Source: an uncultured Chloroflexia bacterium (lineage in GTDB: Bacteria > Chloroflexota > Limnocylindria > Limnocylindrales > CSP1-4). From it: a stretch of 64,000 bases of DNA. A program made the translations under genes and the position numbers. The notes under the pieces were generated by a model. The model had not been told where the DNA came from. It worked only from the letters and a program-made list of their open reading frames with translations, and made no database searches. Each line of letters begins with the position of its first letter. Position 1 is the first letter of the stretch. The stretch is from contig CAVRZZ010000003.1 of NCBI GenBank assembly GCA_963725875.1, forward strand, positions 336,817-400,816, given 5' to 3'. Of this stretch, positions 61,751 through 64,000 are shown piece after piece.

Positions 61751-62857
61751 ATGAACGACTTCCCGGCGGCCCGGCGCCGCGCCCGCGGCCGGCTGGCCCC
61801 GCTCCTCGGCGGGCTGGCGATCATCGCCGCCGCGTGCGGCGGCGCCGGCTCCGCCACCCCCGGAGCCTCGCCGTCCCCCGCGGCATCCACGCCGGGAGCA
61901 TCCCCAACGCCCGCGCTGCCCTCCCCCACCCCGGCCGAGGCGGTCAAGCTCACCGTCGGGCTGGGCTACATCCCCAGCGTCCAGTTCGCCCAGTTCTACC
62001 TTGCCGACCAGGCGGGCTACTACCGGGACGCTGGCCTCGAGGTCACCTTCCAGAACAAGATCGACCCCGAGCTGATCACCCTCGTCGGCCAGGGCGCCCT
62101 GGACGTGGGGATCGCGGACGGGACGAGCGTCATCCCGGCAGTCAGCCAGGGGATCCCGGTCCGCTACGTCTTCACGGTCTACGCCGACTTCCCGAGCATC
62201 GTCTTCGCCAAGGCGTCGTCGGGGATCCGGACGGCGGCCGACCTGAAGGGCAGGAAGATCGGGATTCCCGGCAAGTACGGGTCGTCGTGGATCCAGCTCC
62301 AGGCGCTCCTCGCCGGCGTGGGGCTCACGCCCGACGACGTCGACGTCGTCCCGTTCCCCGACTTCGGCCAGCTGGCCGCGCTCCAGCAGGGGGTCGTCGA
62401 CGCGGCGACGGGGTTCGTCAACAACGAGCCGGTGCAGATGGAGCTCGCGGGGACGCCGGCCGTCGTGCTGGCCCTGCCGGCCGACGCCCAGCTCCCCGGC
62501 AACGGCCTCATCGTGAGCCAGGCGGCCATCGACGGCCCGAAGGCGGACGCGATCCGCGCCTTCATCGCGGCGACACGGCGGGCGATGGACGAGATCTCCG
62601 CCACCCCCGAGGTCGGCCTCGACGCGGCCGTCGCCCGCATCCCCGAGCTCGCCACCGACCAGGAGACCCAGCTCGCGGTGCTGCAAGCCACGATCGACAC
62701 GTGGCAGAACGATTACACGGCGGCGAACGGGCTGGGGGCGGTCGACGTCACCGCCTGGGAGCGCTCCATCGCGTTCATGAGCAGCCTGCCGGATTCGCCG
62801 GTCGCGAAGCCGGTCACCGCGGCGGACTGCGTCGACGCGACCTTTACCGCGCGATAG
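61751..62857 (+). CDS. ABC transporter substrate-binding lipoprotein, NMT1/THI5-like (SsuA/ThiY-like) family
   Basis: Lipobox 'LLGGLAIIAAACGG', Ser/Pro/Thr-rich linker, then 'KLTVGLGYIPSVQFAQFYLADQAGYY', 'KIGIPGKYGSSW'. Confidence 0.8.
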   Translation: MNDFPAARRRARGRLAPLLGGLAIIAAACGGAGSATPGASPSPAASTPGASPTPALPSPTPAEAVKLTVGLGYIPSVQFAQFYLADQAGYYRDAGLEVTFQNKIDPELITLVGQGALDVGIADGTSVIPAVSQGIPVRYVFTVYADFPSIVFAKASSGIRTAADLKGRKIGIPGKYGSSWIQLQALLAGVGLTPDDVDVVPFPDFGQLAALQQGVVDAATGFVNNEPVQMELAGTPAVVLALPADAQLPGNGLIVSQAAIDGPKADAIRAFIAATRRAMDEISATPEVGLDAAVARIPELATDQETQLAVLQATIDTWQNDYTAANGLGAVDVTAWERSIAFMSSLPDSPVAKPVTAADCVDATFTAR

Positions 62858-62943
62858 GGCGGTCGGTGGGCGCCCGGCGGTCCGGAAACGGAAGGGCCGG
62901 CCCGACCGCCGCGAGGCGGCCGGGCCGGCCCAGGCACAGCAGG

Positions 62944-63504
62944 TCAGGCGGACGCGCCGACCTGCTCCCGGTCCGCGACGGGCGCGATCTCGTCGGCCGC
63001 GACCTCGAGCTCGATGGTGATGTCGTCCGAGACGAGCCAGCCGCCGGCCTCGAGCCCGACGTTCCAGGTCAGGCCCCAGTCGGAGCGCTTGATCCTCGTC
63101 GTTGCCTCGAAGCCCGCGTGGCGGCGCCCGTCCATGCCCTTCACGATCCCGAGGGCCTCGGCGTCGAGGACGACGGAGCGGGTGACGTCCCGGATCGTGA
63201 GGTCACCGGTGATCGCCCAGCGATCGCCCAGCGGCGCGATGCCAGTGCTGGCGAAGGTCAGCGTCGGGTACGTCTCGGCGTCGAGGAAGTCGGCCGAGCG
63301 CAGGTGGTTGTCCCGCGCCTCCATGCCGGTGTCGACCGTGGCCGCCGGGATGCTGACCTCGACCCGGGAGGCGGCCGGATCGGCCTCGTCGAACTCGAGC
63401 GTCCCGGTGACGCTCTTGAAGATGCCCCGCACCTTCGTGATCATCATGTGCTTCCCCGTGAAGCTCACGACGGTGTGGGCCGTGTCCAGCTGCCAGGTGC
63501 TCAT
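62944..63504 (-). CDS. YceI-family protein
   Basis: 'MSTWQLDTAHTVVSFTGKHMMITKVRGIF', 'RDNHLRSADFLDAETYPTLTF', 'TIRDVTRSVVLDAE'. Confidence 0.8.
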   Translation of the reverse strand: MSTWQLDTAHTVVSFTGKHMMITKVRGIFKSVTGTLEFDEADPAASRVEVSIPAATVDTGMEARDNHLRSADFLDAETYPTLTFASTGIAPLGDRWAITGDLTIRDVTRSVVLDAEALGIVKGMDGRRHAGFEATTRIKRSDWGLTWNVGLEAGGWLVSDDITIELEVAADEIAPVADREQVGASA

Positions 63505-63564
63505 GTGCGTTTCCCTGCTCCTGTCCCTGTGCTCGGGCCGGGACCCTGCGCCCCGGCTCGGTGG

Positions 63565-63590
63565 TAGTTGACTGCGCAACTATATCACGG
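63565..63590 (+). promoter_or_regulatory. Candidate MarR operator in the divergent yceI-marR intergenic region
   Basis: Inverted repeat CGCAACTAT, 8 nt, ATAGTTGCG, between the divergently transcribed yceI and marR starts. Confidence 0.35.
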
Positions 63591-63627
63591 CATAGTTGCG
63601 TGTGCAACAACTCGTTCGCAGGAGCGC

Positions 63628-64000
63628 TATGATGCGGATCGCTCGAGCGGCCATCCGACCAGGAGACCCGATGACGCAGACAACCGCGCGTTCCCGCGCC
63701 AGCCGGGACGTCGCCGGCGCGCCCAGCCCCGACGACCCGCGGCTGCGCGCCTGGATCGCGTTCCTCCAGGCGTACGCGGTCGTGACGCGCCGGCTGGAGG
63801 CGGAGCTCCAGGCCGAGCGGCGACTCTCGCTCGCCGACTATGACGCCCTCGTCCAGCTCGCGATGGCCGAGGATCGACGGCTGCGGATGAGCGAGCTCGC
63901 GGACCGAGTCGTCCTCTCGCGCAGCGGGGTCTCGCGCCTGGTGGACCGCCTCGTCGCCGACGGGCTCGTCGCCCGGCGCGCCTGCCCGACGGACGCGCGC
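63628..64000 (+). CDS. MarR-family transcriptional regulator (5' part; continues beyond the window)
   Basis: AGGAG 5 nt upstream of the ATG. 'LRAWIAFLQAYAVVTRRLEAELQAERRLSLADYDALVQLAMAEDRRLRMSELADRVVLSRSGVSRLVDRLVADGLVARR' is a winged-HTH MarR signature. Confidence 0.7.

Noticed and set aside
1-64000. tRNA, rRNA, CRISPR or insertion-sequence content
   Set aside because: No T-loop/GTTCGAATC-type tRNA signatures were seen. There are no regularly spaced longer direct repeats with unique spacers and no transposase or integrase-like ORFs. The CGCAAGG array has 8-bp units with ~12-bp non-unique gaps, which is far too short for CRISPR.

Overview
This window is a 64 kb, very high-GC (about 70-73%) segment that reads like an Actinobacteria-type chromosome. 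Genes are densely packed and many are translationally coupled through 4-nt GTGA/ATGA start-stop overlaps. Most long ORFs on the antisense strand are shadow ORFs typical of high-GC DNA and are not reported as genes.

Reading left to right, the main contents are:
- 656-2923, minus strand: an operon pairing an MdnC/MvdD-type graspetide ATP-grasp macrocyclase with a signal-less astacin metalloprotease whose C-terminus carries tandem DTRKE repeats. No separate precursor gene is visible. This is the most interesting candidate system in the window.
- 3134-3999: a yeast Fcy1-type cytosine deaminase, then a glutamate decarboxylase C-terminal remnant.
- 4176-19841, all minus strand: a long block of secreted and cell-surface genes. 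It holds an S8 subtilase with a PT linker, three tandem multicopper-oxidase-fold paralogs with non-canonical copper ligands, a large Ig-repeat/LamG protein, a parallel beta-helix region and a giant SdrD/CnaB-repeat adhesin. This block contains many apparent frameshifts.
- 19838-27734: two paralogous secreted proteins with a caspase-like His/Cys signature, bracketing two back-to-back NarL-type two-component systems.
- 27993-35971: ribokinase coupled to an ADP-ribosylglycohydrolase-phosphatase fusion, the conserved histidine phosphatase/DUF3090/SCO1664 trio, a DrrAB-like ABC exporter, and a VapBC toxin-antitoxin pair.
- 36067-46960: a complete menaquinone operon, tetR-menF-D-H-B-A-C-E-ubiE, with MenE fused to an alpha/beta hydrolase.
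- 47078-54654: an OmpR-type two-component system, an ApbE/FMN-bind/ferric-reductase-like module, and a UbiB-family kinase.
- 54791-64000: sugar-binding and epimerase genes, a CPBP protease and a CBS-BON protein, then a NitT/TauT-type ABC transporter. The transporter is preceded by a 9-copy CGCAAGG repeat array and contains a 285-nt structured spacer. The window ends with yceI and a partial marR.

No rRNA, tRNA, CRISPR array or transposase was recognised.
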